64,000 nt of DNA, from NCBI GenBank assembly GCA_937868185.1, contig CALMMG010000176.1, positions 35 through 64,034 of the forward strand, written 5' to 3'. The notes under the pieces are model-generated. The model was given only the letters and a program-made list of their open reading frames with translations, did not search any database and had not been told where the DNA came from. Each line of letters opens with the position of its first letter. Position 1 is the stretch's first letter. Both the position numbers and the translations under genes were made by a program. Positions 18,802 through 27,912 of this stretch are shown piece after piece. This stretch comes from an uncultured Pseudomonadota bacterium. Its GTDB lineage: Bacteria; Desulfobacterota; Desulfobulbia; Desulfobulbales; Desulfurivibrionaceae.

Positions 18802-21054
18802 ATGGCTTTGAATCTGACGAGACGTAAATTTCTGCAGACGGCATCCCTTGCGGCAGCCACGGCAGCGATGTCCGGCTGCTTTGCCAGGCAGGCAAACGCG
18901 AGTACACCGTTTGTCAAGAAGCCCTTCACCGCGCCCGGCAGCTTTGCTGGCACTACGACTGCGGTGGGTGGTGTCTGCGAAATGTGCTTCTGGCGCTGTC
19001 AGTTGGTAGGCAAAGTGCGGGACGGCAAGCTGGTAAAGCTTGAAGGCAACCCCAAGAGCATCGACAACGGCCAAAGCATCTGCGCCCGCGGCAACGCTGG
19101 AGTTAAGCTGCTCTACGATCCGGATCGCCTGAAATTCCCCATGAAAAACGTGGGTAAGCGCGGCGCCCCCCAGTGGAAGCGTATTTCCTGGGACGAGGCT
19201 CTTGACGAGTGCGCTACCAAGCTCAAGGCGGTGGTCGACAAGCACGGCCCCCAGGGAATCGCCATTTTCCCGCACGGTTCTTCCGCTAAATATCCGATGA
19301 CTTTTTTCGAGGATGTTGTCGGCACCCCGAATAACTCCGAGGCCTCTTTCTTTCAGTGCCGGGGTATACGGGATACCGCTTATGTGGCCACCCTTGGCGT
19401 TGCTCCTAACGAGAATGTCGATATGGCCAATGCCAAGGCGATTTTTCTCCTCGGCGGCCACTTCGGCGAGAACGTGCATGTCTCTCATCTGAAGCGTTAT
19501 CTGAAGGGGCTTGAGAACGGCGCCAAGCTGATCGTGGTTGATCCCCGTTTTTCCGCCTCTGTTTCCAAGGCAGACATTTGGGTCAAGATCAAGCCCGGCA
19601 CCGATACCGCCTTTCTGCTGGCGATCATGAACTACTTGGTCAAAGAAGGCAAATACGACAAGAAATACGTTACGGACCACGGCAAGGGATTTGATGAATT
19701 CTCCAAGGGTATTGCCCATGCCACCCTCAAGTGGGCGGCAAAGACCTGTGACGTGCCGGAAAAACAGATCAAGCAGGTTGCCGACATGCTGGCCGCCAAT
19801 GCTCCCAATGTTTCTGTACATCCGGGCCGTCACGTGAGTTGGCACGGCAACGACTTCCAGCGCGAGCGGGCCCTAGCTTGTCTGACCGGTCTTCTGGGCG
19901 CCATCGGTGTTAAGGGCGGTTTTGTTCCGGGTAAAGGACCCAAACTCGGTAAGGCCGGCTGGCCGAAGCCCATGGCCGAACATGCTGAACAGTTTGCCCT
20001 CCATAAGATGGCAAAGCTCTATAAGCAGTCTCCTCCGGGCACACCCACTGACCTGATCCGTAATGCTGCAGTCACCGGTAAGCCGTACGCAATCAAGGGC
20101 TTTGTCGCTTGGGGCCAAAATCCCATCCAGACCATCCCGGATCAGGCTTTGACCATTAAGATGTTGGAGCAGATGGATTTTGTCATGGTTTGTGATGTTA
20201 TGCCCACCGATATCACCATGTATGCCGATATCTTGCTGCCCGAGTCATCCTATCTGGAGCGCTACGATCATATCCAGACCGGTACCCAGTGGAACTTTGC
20301 TGATCCCCATCAGCAGTTCATCGCTCCCCGGATGCCGCTGGTTTCTCCTACCGCTGCCGACCATGAGCGTAAAGAGTCTGTCTGGATTGTCAACGAGCTT
20401 GCCAAGCGTATGGGCTACGGCCAACATATCAAGGTCAAGTCCGCCGAGGATATGATCAATACTATGTTGGCTGGGGCAAACCTTACTATCGAACAGCTGG
20501 TCAAGGAAGACGGGATTCATCTTCAGCCTGGTGCTGATCCATATGGCAAGGCCCTGGATGTCGAATTCCATAATGCAGAACTGGCTGAGCAGGGTTATCC
20601 GGCCATCCCCACCTATATTGCGGTACCCGAGCCGCCCAAGGGTTTTGCCCGGTTGGTATACGGTCGTGCACCGGTCCATACCTTCAACCGTTCGCAGAAC
20701 AATACCTGGTTGAACAACGAGATGCCGATCAACCCGGTTTGGCTCAATGACGAATCAGCCAAGAAGATGGGGCTGAAAGACGGCGACACCATCGAGCTGG
20801 TCAACCAGGACGGCGTGAAGTCCAGGACCTCTTCCGTGGTTAAGGTTACCCCCGGCATCCGCAAGGATACCGTATATACGGCCCATGGTTATGGCACGAT
20901 GAACAAGGCTATGACCGTTGCTGTTGGCAAGGGCATTGACGATCAAAGTCTGATCACCAAGCTGGCGGTTGATCCTGAAACCGGCGCGCATGGCATGCGG
21001 AACAACTTCGTCAAGTTCATCAAGAATGGCAAGGTACTGAGCATTTCCGCATAA
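18802..21054 (+). CDS. Tat-exported molybdopterin oxidoreductase, PsrA/PhsA/SreA-like catalytic subunit
   Basis: TRRKFL Tat motif, CEMCFWRC...ICARG FS0 cluster, YDPDRL, SFFQCRG candidate Cys ligand, VDPRFS, ADILLPESSYLER. Confidence 0.85.
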   Translation: MALNLTRRKFLQTASLAAATAAMSGCFARQANASTPFVKKPFTAPGSFAGTTTAVGGVCEMCFWRCQLVGKVRDGKLVKLEGNPKSIDNGQSICARGNAGVKLLYDPDRLKFPMKNVGKRGAPQWKRISWDEALDECATKLKAVVDKHGPQGIAIFPHGSSAKYPMTFFEDVVGTPNNSEASFFQCRGIRDTAYVATLGVAPNENVDMANAKAIFLLGGHFGENVHVSHLKRYLKGLENGAKLIVVDPRFSASVSKADIWVKIKPGTDTAFLLAIMNYLVKEGKYDKKYVTDHGKGFDEFSKGIAHATLKWAAKTCDVPEKQIKQVADMLAANAPNVSVHPGRHVSWHGNDFQRERALACLTGLLGAIGVKGGFVPGKGPKLGKAGWPKPMAEHAEQFALHKMAKLYKQSPPGTPTDLIRNAAVTGKPYAIKGFVAWGQNPIQTIPDQALTIKMLEQMDFVMVCDVMPTDITMYADILLPESSYLERYDHIQTGTQWNFADPHQQFIAPRMPLVSPTAADHERKESVWIVNELAKRMGYGQHIKVKSAEDMINTMLAGANLTIEQLVKEDGIHLQPGADPYGKALDVEFHNAELAEQGYPAIPTYIAVPEPPKGFARLVYGRAPVHTFNRSQNNTWLNNEMPINPVWLNDESAKKMGLKDGDTIELVNQDGVKSRTSSVVKVTPGIRKDTVYTAHGYGTMNKAMTVAVGKGIDDQSLITKLAVDPETGAHGMRNNFVKFIKNGKVLSISA

Positions 21055-21117
21055 GCGGCGGTTACCTAACTGATGATGGTCCACAGAAATTAACTATTTT
21101 GTTTTGGAGGAACTGCC

Positions 21118-21933
21118 GTGAGTCAATACGGAATGATTATAGATCTTGAGAAATGTGTGGGCTGCCATGCCTGCGCCATCGCTTGTCGGGCCGAGTGGGA
21201 GGTTCCCGTAGGCAAGGATTCAGCGGAAAGAGAACGCCGGAGAAACTGGGTAAAACGTCTTGGCCCGAGCAAGACTCCCCAGGGGATGGCTTCCACCTAT
21301 TATCCCGGTCTGTGCAACCACTGCGACAAGCCTGCCTGCGTGGCGGTTTGTCCGGCGGACAAGGTAGAGGCCACTTTTACTGATCCGAAGAGCGGAGCGA
21401 CTAAGAAGATGGAAGTGGCCGCCACCTGGAAGGACCCCTTCAATGGGACGGTGCAGATTGACAAGGAGCGTTGCCTCGGTTGTGGCGCCTGTGCCGATGC
21501 CTGCCCATACAGCGCTCGTTATGTGAATGAGGAAGAGGGCGATCCCAAGGCCGATAAATGCACCTTTTGCGTGGAGCGTTTGGCCCAGGGGCTGGAGCCT
21601 GCCTGTGTGCAGACCTGCCTGGCCCGCGCCCGAATATTTGGCGATCTGAATGATCCCAATTCCGAGGTTGCCAAGTATGTGAAGAAAGGTGCAGCCAAAC
21701 TGGAAAGCGCCAAGGTGAAGATCGGTCCCAATGTTCGTTATTACGGCAACAAAAAGGACATGCACCTGCTGACCACTACCTCAACCCCGCAGGCCATGCC
21801 TCAAGCCAATCTGCGTCGGACCATTATGGCCCATATGCTGAAGCCGGCAATGGATAAGGCTAAGAGCCTCGGCATGCTTGGTTTAGCAGGCGCGATGCTT
21901 GTTAAGGGATTGAGCGAGGACGAAAAGGAATAA
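21118..21933 (+). CDS. 4x[4Fe-4S] electron-transfer subunit (PsrB/DmsB-like) with a C-terminal hydrophobic tail
   Basis: CVGCHACAIAC, CNHCDKPACVAVCP, CLGCGACADACP, KCTFC...PACVQTC. Confidence 0.9.
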   Translation: MSQYGMIIDLEKCVGCHACAIACRAEWEVPVGKDSAERERRRNWVKRLGPSKTPQGMASTYYPGLCNHCDKPACVAVCPADKVEATFTDPKSGATKKMEVAATWKDPFNGTVQIDKERCLGCGACADACPYSARYVNEEEGDPKADKCTFCVERLAQGLEPACVQTCLARARIFGDLNDPNSEVAKYVKKGAAKLESAKVKIGPNVRYYGNKKDMHLLTTTSTPQAMPQANLRRTIMAHMLKPAMDKAKSLGMLGLAGAMLVKGLSEDEKE

Positions 21934-21959
21934 GTCGTCTCGCGTTTTTTCTGTTTATG

Positions 21960-21997
21960 AAAAGCCCCCGGTGCCGACAGGTGTCGGGGGCTTTTTT
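21960..21997. terminator. Bidirectional terminator between the molybdoenzyme operon and the cheY-like gene
   Basis: AAAAGCCCCCGGTGCC-GACA-GGTGTCGGGGGCTTTTTT. Confidence 0.85.
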
Positions 21998-22049
21998 ATG
22001 GTTCCCATCTTTTCTTGCTAAGTGCTACATGAAAACTGGGCTCCGTTCG

Positions 22050-22475
22050 CTACTTTTCTCGTTTATCTGGGATGGCAAAGACAGATTCAATTTTCAGGTA
22101 AAGGGTCTCGGCTGTGAATGGTTTTACGATATATTGATTTACCCCTGCCTTGATGGCGCCTATGATATTTTCTTTTTCTGCCTCAGCTGTGATCATAATG
22201 AAGGGAATCTTGGCAAGTTTTGGTGTCGCCCGAATTTTTTGTAACAGCTCAAGTCCGGTCATGATTGGCATCATCCAGTCGCAGATGATTAGGTCGATCT
22301 GAGTCTCTTTTAAGATGTCAAAAGCCTCGCGCCCGTTGGCCGCCTCCAGAATGTTGTTATGACTCTCATAGCTCAGGTCATGGAGCATATTTCTGATAAC
22401 CATTCTTGGAAATTCAAGGTCATCGACAATGAGAATTTTTATTCGTTTCTTGATGGTGTCGTTTTGTTTTTTCAT
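22050..22475 (-). CDS. Single-domain CheY-like response regulator
   Basis: ILIVDD, ICDWMMPIMTGLELL, MITAEA, YIVKPFTAETL. Confidence 0.9.
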   Translation of the reverse strand: MKKQNDTIKKRIKILIVDDLEFPRMVIRNMLHDLSYESHNNILEAANGREAFDILKETQIDLIICDWMMPIMTGLELLQKIRATPKLAKIPFIMITAEAEKENIIGAIKAGVNQYIVKPFTAETLYLKIESVFAIPDKREK

Positions 22476-22722
22476 TTTCAATTTTTCAAGTTCTCGCAGG
22501 AAAGAAATTTATGCCGTGTAGGTTGGGGCAAGCTTCGAGGAACTTAAGGCTTGAAAAAGGTGTAAAGAAATAGCCTGTGCTTGTCAAAGAATTTTGTGTC
22601 GAGCCTGGTGGTAATCTAGATTGGGTTCGTGATTTGGAGACAGAGGCGTTTGACAAAAGGGCCCGTGAGGGGTAGTCATATCGCAAAGTTCTTAGTTCAA
22701 TCTACCACAGAAACAGCGCCGG

Positions 22723-24576
22723 ATGACGGAGATTATGTCCCCTTTTGATTTTAAAGAATTTTTGCCAGGCGTTCCCTTGAAGCCCGGGGTCTATCTGATG
22801 AAGAGCCGGGGGGGCGAGGTGCTCTATGTCGGCAAGGCCAGGGAGCTCCGCAAACGGCTGTCCTCCTATGCCCGCATCGATCAGGCCCAGCACGGTAAAA
22901 CTGCGATGCTGCTCTCCCAGGTACGCGGGATTGAGACCATTGTCACCAATACGGAAAAAGAGGCCCTCATCCTCGAATCCTCACTGATCAAGCAATACCG
23001 ACCCAAGTACAACGTTATTCTCCGCGACGACAAGAGTTACCCGCTTCTCAAGGTGACGGTGCAGGAGGAGTGGCCCAGGCTGGTGATGACCCGGCGTCGC
23101 CAGAAGGACGGTGCCCGGTATTTCGGGCCATTTTCATCTCCTTCGGCCATGTGGGAAACCATCCGCTATCTCAACTCGCTGTTCCCGCTGCGTCGCTGCA
23201 AGGAAAAGAACCTCAAACTCAAGGCTCGGCCCTGCCTCAATCACCAGATGGGCCGCTGTCTTGCCCCTTGTGCGGAGAAAGTCGGCCGTGAGGAGTATCA
23301 GGAGCTGGTGCGCAATGTCTTGCTGGTATTGGAGGGGAAGAACCAGCAGTTGGTTAAGGAGTTGTCTCGCAAGATGGAGCTGGCCGCGGGAGCTCTTAAT
23401 TTTGAGGCGGCGGCGGAACTGCGGGATCGGATCGCCTCCCTAAGCAAGACTCTGGAAAAGCAGCAGGTGGTGGCAGCCCATGGCAAGGATCAGGATGTGT
23501 TGGGCTTTGCGCGCCAAGGCGCTTCCGTGGCCGTGGCTCTGCTGTTTGTCCGCAAGGGGGTGATTAGCGGCCAACAGGCCTTCTTTTTCGCCGAGCCGTT
23601 GGGTTCCGATGCGGAGGTGCTGACCGAGGTTCTCTCCCGTTTTTATGGCGAAGAGGGACAGTATCTTCCCCAGGAGATATTGCTGCCGTTTGCCGGAAGT
23701 GATGATCCGCTGCTGGCAGAATGGCTGAGTGAACTAAAAGGCGCTACAGTGACTCTTTCCTGTCCGCAGCGGGGGGACAGGGTACGGTTGTTAGAGATGG
23801 TCGAGACCAATGCTCAGCAGGTTTTAGTTGCAAGAAAAACAAGGCAGGGTTCCTGGCAGGTGCTGGCAGAAGCACTGCAAAAAAGCCTCAGCTTAGCAAG
23901 GCTGCCGGAGCGGATTGAGTGCCTCGATATCTCCAATCTGGGCGGCCAGCAAGCAGTGGGTTCTCTGGTCTGCTTTGTCGCTGGGGAGATGGCCAAGGAT
24001 CGGTATCGACATTATGGAATTCATACCGTGGATGGGCCGGACGATTACGCCATGATGGCCGAGGTGTTGGCGCGGCGTTTTGCCAAAGGGGTAGCGAATA
24101 AGGATCTTCCCGATCTTCTCTTGGTTGACGGCGGCAAGGGCCAGCTTGGTGTGGCCATGCACGCATTGGCGGAGTCGGGCATTTCCGATACGCTTGAGCT
24201 GGCTGGGATTGCCAAAGAGAAGGCAGGGGAAGGGGAAAAACTCTATCGGCCAGGGCGGAAGAACCCGATCATTCTGGACCGGCATTCCCCGGTACTCCTC
24301 TATCTCATGCGGATCAGGGACGAGGCGCATCGGTATGGCATAACCTTGCATCGGAAATTGCGGGCAAAAGAGAGTTTGAGTTCTTCCCTTGAACAGATCC
24401 CAGGGGTGGGCAAGGGACGCAAGGAGTTGTTACTGCGGGAGCTTGGCAGTATGCATCGCCTTGTCCAGGCAAGTGAGGCGGTGCTTGCTGCAGTGCCGGG
24501 CATTGGTCCGGCACTGGCGGCCCAGATCTGGCACCATCTACATGGCGAGGAGGGTGCAGATTCGGCAGGGCGGTGA
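22723..24576 (+). CDS. uvrC: Excinuclease ABC subunit C
   Basis: GVY...YVGKA GIY-YIG, IECLDISN, VDGGKGQ, RDEAHRY, C-terminal HhH repeats. Confidence 0.97.
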   Translation: MTEIMSPFDFKEFLPGVPLKPGVYLMKSRGGEVLYVGKARELRKRLSSYARIDQAQHGKTAMLLSQVRGIETIVTNTEKEALILESSLIKQYRPKYNVILRDDKSYPLLKVTVQEEWPRLVMTRRRQKDGARYFGPFSSPSAMWETIRYLNSLFPLRRCKEKNLKLKARPCLNHQMGRCLAPCAEKVGREEYQELVRNVLLVLEGKNQQLVKELSRKMELAAGALNFEAAAELRDRIASLSKTLEKQQVVAAHGKDQDVLGFARQGASVAVALLFVRKGVISGQQAFFFAEPLGSDAEVLTEVLSRFYGEEGQYLPQEILLPFAGSDDPLLAEWLSELKGATVTLSCPQRGDRVRLLEMVETNAQQVLVARKTRQGSWQVLAEALQKSLSLARLPERIECLDISNLGGQQAVGSLVCFVAGEMAKDRYRHYGIHTVDGPDDYAMMAEVLARRFAKGVANKDLPDLLLVDGGKGQLGVAMHALAESGISDTLELAGIAKEKAGEGEKLYRPGRKNPIILDRHSPVLLYLMRIRDEAHRYGITLHRKLRAKESLSSSLEQIPGVGKGRKELLLRELGSMHRLVQASEAVLAAVPGIGPALAAQIWHHLHGEEGADSAGR

Positions 24577-24782
24577 AAGGCCTAAGGCGGAAGATCTCGG
24601 ATTATTGTTGCTTTTTGGACCCTGAAAAACTAAATTACTTAGTTCCGTAATGAACAGTTTGCAAGCTGGTTGCGGAGATTGTCTTGCTGGCTCACGATGA
24701 ACTTGGATGGTATGTGCGTGTGGGGGGTGTTTTGCCGCCGCGCAACTTGCTTCTTTTGCTTTGATTGCCTGGAGAAAATGCT

Positions 24783-25616
24783 ATGTGGGAATATACGGAC
24801 AAGGTTCGGGATCATTTCATGAATCCCCGGAATGTGGGCGAGATTGAGAATGCGGACGGGATCGGCGAGGTCGGCTCCCTTGCCTGCGGCGATGCCTTGA
24901 CCCTCTATTTTAAGCTGGATGAGACCGGTCGGATTGCCGATGCCAAGTTCAAGACCTTTGGCTGCGCTAGCGCCATCGCTTCCTCTTCGGCGCTTACCGA
25001 GATGATCAAGGGCATCCCCCTTGAGGAGGCGGAGAAGATTACCAACCAGGACATTGCCGAGTATTTGGGCGGCCTGCCCAAGGAGAAGATGCACTGTTCG
25101 GTCATGGGCCGCGAGGCTCTGGAAGCAGCGATTGCCTACTATCGCGGCATTCCCCTGCCCATGGCGGAAGGGGAGGTGGTCTGCGAATGCTTCGGAGTCA
25201 CCGACCTTGAGGTGAAGCGGGCTATCGAGGAAAATAAGCTCCAGACCGTGGAGGAAATCACCAACTTCACCAAGGCGGGCGGCGGCTGCGGCAAATGCAT
25301 CCCCCGCCTGGAAGAGATCCTGCGGGAGGTCCGGCATGAGGCGAAGCCGCTGATCCTTGACCAACGGCCAGGCCGGCTTACCACCCTCCAGAAGATCAAG
25401 CGGATCGAAGAGGTGCTCGAACGGGAGGTCCGGCCTGCACTGCGCAAGGATGGCGGCGATATCGAACTGATCGATGTGGACGGCGATTTCGTCATCGTCT
25501 CCCTGCGCGGCGCCTGCGTTTCCTGCAAGAAATCGCAGACCACCCTCAAGGAATATGTGGAAAAGAAGCTGCGCGAACAGGTGCTGGACACCTTGATCGT
25601 TGAGGAGGGGAAATAA
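24783..25616 (+). CDS. nifU: Fe-S cluster scaffold NifU (IscU + BFD + Nfu domains)
   Basis: CGD, FGCASAIAS, KMHC; CECF...CGKC; DGGDIEL...GACVSC. Confidence 0.95.
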   Translation: MWEYTDKVRDHFMNPRNVGEIENADGIGEVGSLACGDALTLYFKLDETGRIADAKFKTFGCASAIASSSALTEMIKGIPLEEAEKITNQDIAEYLGGLPKEKMHCSVMGREALEAAIAYYRGIPLPMAEGEVVCECFGVTDLEVKRAIEENKLQTVEEITNFTKAGGGCGKCIPRLEEILREVRHEAKPLILDQRPGRLTTLQKIKRIEEVLEREVRPALRKDGGDIELIDVDGDFVIVSLRGACVSCKKSQTTLKEYVEKKLREQVLDTLIVEEGK

Positions 25617-26830
25617 TGAACACGGTGTATATGGACAATAATGCCACCACCCGGGTTGCTCCGGAGGTGGTCGATGTCATGCTCCCCTATTATTCCGACC
25701 TGTACGGCAATCCTTCCAGCATGCACACCTTTGGCGGCCAGGTGGGCAGGGCGGTTGAAGTGGCCCGGGGCAAGATTGCCTCGCTGCTTGGCGCCCAGCC
25801 CGATGAGCTGATCTTTACCAGCTGCGGCACGGAAAGTGATTCCACCGCCATTCTCTCCGCCCTGCAGTCCTTTCCGGAAAAGCGGCACATCGTCACCACC
25901 CGGGTCGAGCATCCGGCGGTGAAAAATCTCTGCGAGAGCCTGGATAAACTCACCGGCCACAAGCACCGGATCACCCAGCTGCCGGTGAACAGCGACGGCA
26001 CCCTCGATCTCAAACTCTACGAAGAGAGCCTCAGCGACGAAACCGCCATTGTCAGCGCCATGTGGGCCAACAACGAGACCGGAGTCATCTTTCCCATCAA
26101 GGAAATGGCGGAGATCGCCAAGAGCCGGGGAATCTTGTTTCACACCGACGCGGTGCAGGCGGTGGGAAAAATTCCCATCGACCTGTCACAAGTACCGATT
26201 GATTTCCTTTCGCTTTCCGGGCATAAACTACATGCCCCCAAGGGGATCGGCGTTCTCTATGTTCGCAAGGGTACGCCTTTTGTGCCCTTTATTATCGGCG
26301 GGCATCAGGAACACGGCCGCCGGGGCGGCACGGAAAACGTCGCCGCCATCGTCGGCCTGGGCAAGGCCTGCGAGATGGCAGCCCAGCAGATGCAGGATGA
26401 AAATACCAGGGTGAAGGCGCTGCGGGACAAGCTGGAGGATGGCTTGCTCGCTAGTATTCCACACTCCCTGCTCAATGGGCACAAGACCCTGCGTTTGCCC
26501 AATACGACCAATATCAGCTTTGAGTATGTGGAGGGCGAGGCGATTTTGCTCCATCTCGACCGCTTCGGGATCTGTGCTTCCTCAGGGTCTGCCTGCACCT
26601 CCGGGTCGTTGGAGCCTTCGCATGTCATGCGGGCCATGGGTGTGCCATTTACCGCGGCGCACGGCTCGATCCGCTTGAGCCTCAGCGTGTACAACACCGA
26701 GGCCGAGGTGGACTTTGTGTTGGAGAAATTGCCCCCGGTCATTGCCCAGCTCCGCGAGATGTCGCCGTTTTGGAAGAGCGAGCATAAGGGCAAGGTCGGC
26801 TCCAGTCAATGCAAGTGCAGCTGTTCCTAA
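25616..26830 (+). CDS. nifS: Cysteine desulfurase NifS
   Basis: DNNATT, NNETG, HTDAVQ, SGHKLH PLP lysine, SSGSACTS; translationally coupled to nifU (TAATG). Confidence 0.96.
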   Translation: MNTVYMDNNATTRVAPEVVDVMLPYYSDLYGNPSSMHTFGGQVGRAVEVARGKIASLLGAQPDELIFTSCGTESDSTAILSALQSFPEKRHIVTTRVEHPAVKNLCESLDKLTGHKHRITQLPVNSDGTLDLKLYEESLSDETAIVSAMWANNETGVIFPIKEMAEIAKSRGILFHTDAVQAVGKIPIDLSQVPIDFLSLSGHKLHAPKGIGVLYVRKGTPFVPFIIGGHQEHGRRGGTENVAAIVGLGKACEMAAQQMQDENTRVKALRDKLEDGLLASIPHSLLNGHKTLRLPNTTNISFEYVEGEAILLHLDRFGICASSGSACTSGSLEPSHVMRAMGVPFTAAHGSIRLSLSVYNTEAEVDFVLEKLPPVIAQLREMSPFWKSEHKGKVGSSQCKCSCS

Positions 26831-26854
26831 TAGAAGCTCGATAAGGATAACACC

Positions 26855-27811
26855 ATGAAGGTTATACCTGCTTCGTTTGAGATACTGGAAGAACTGGACC
26901 GCCAGTCCCTGGCTGTGCGCATCGAGGCGTGCGGCCGCCTGTGCTACAAATCCGAGGACAAGATCACCGAGGCCTCGGCTGAGCCTTTTATAAAGGGGAT
27001 TGTCAAACATGGCCACAATTCGGTCATGGAGATGGCGGCTCTGACCCTGCGGGTTGAGATCGACAGCGAATCCCTGGTTGCCCAGTTTTTGAGCGTTATC
27101 CCGAAATACATTCAGTTTGATCGGCTTGAGAAAAAGGTACTGCTCATCACCGGCACGATCCGGGCCTTCCGGGAACTGGCCCGCGATTACGGCAAGGTCA
27201 AGTTGATCAAGGGGATGGCCGGCTATCTTGCCGAAATGTATCCGCTCTTCTTCTTTGATCTGGCGCCGAAACGCGGCTGGCTCCCCCAGGACGGGGTGGT
27301 AGTCACCGGGCTATCGCTGGACGAGGTCGATGGTTTTTCCGCGGATCTTTTGGCAAAACACCGCCATGTGGCGGTGCGGATTATAACCAACCGGGCGGTG
27401 ACCCATGAGATCGTCCGGCACCGGCCCTGTTCCTATTTGCAGGAAAGCCAGCGCTATTGCCGGTATGCCGATGACAAGTTCGGCAACGAGGTCACCTTTA
27501 TCGCCCCGATGTTTTTTACCGAGGGGAGCAAGGAATACAAGCTCTGGGAAAAAGCCATGCTGGACACGGAGAAGATCTATCTCAAGCTCCTGGCCACCTC
27601 TTCGCCCCAGGCCGCCCGCACCGTGCTGCCCAACTCCTGCAAGACCGAGATCATTGTTTTTGCCAATCTGCTGGAGTGGCTGCACATCTTTAAGCTGCGC
27701 ACCCCCAAGAATGCCGAGCCCTCCATGCGCGAGGTAATGATCCCGCTGGCCAAGGCTTTCCAGGAGCGATTTCCGGCTGTTTTTGCGGATGCCTCCTTTG
27801 CCACGGAATAG
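26855..27811 (+). CDS. thyX: FAD-dependent thymidylate synthase, long form
   Basis: GRLCYKS, GHNSVME, THEIVRHR...QESQRY, ARTVLP, REV. Confidence 0.9.
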   Translation: MKVIPASFEILEELDRQSLAVRIEACGRLCYKSEDKITEASAEPFIKGIVKHGHNSVMEMAALTLRVEIDSESLVAQFLSVIPKYIQFDRLEKKVLLITGTIRAFRELARDYGKVKLIKGMAGYLAEMYPLFFFDLAPKRGWLPQDGVVVTGLSLDEVDGFSADLLAKHRHVAVRIITNRAVTHEIVRHRPCSYLQESQRYCRYADDKFGNEVTFIAPMFFTEGSKEYKLWEKAMLDTEKIYLKLLATSSPQAARTVLPNSCKTEIIVFANLLEWLHIFKLRTPKNAEPSMREVMIPLAKAFQERFPAVFADASFATE

Positions 27812-27912
27812 GGTAAGGATAGAAAAATCCGGGGCGCGGGCTGGAGCTTGGCGCCCCATGTTTTTGTTGATACAGAGAAATCGAGAACAACTTACTGAAG
27901 AAGGAGAGAGAG

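Noticed and set aside
24783-26830. nifU/nifS as evidence of nitrogen fixation
   Set aside because: No nifHDK in the window; stand-alone NifUS is a housekeeping Fe-S assembly system in many anaerobes.
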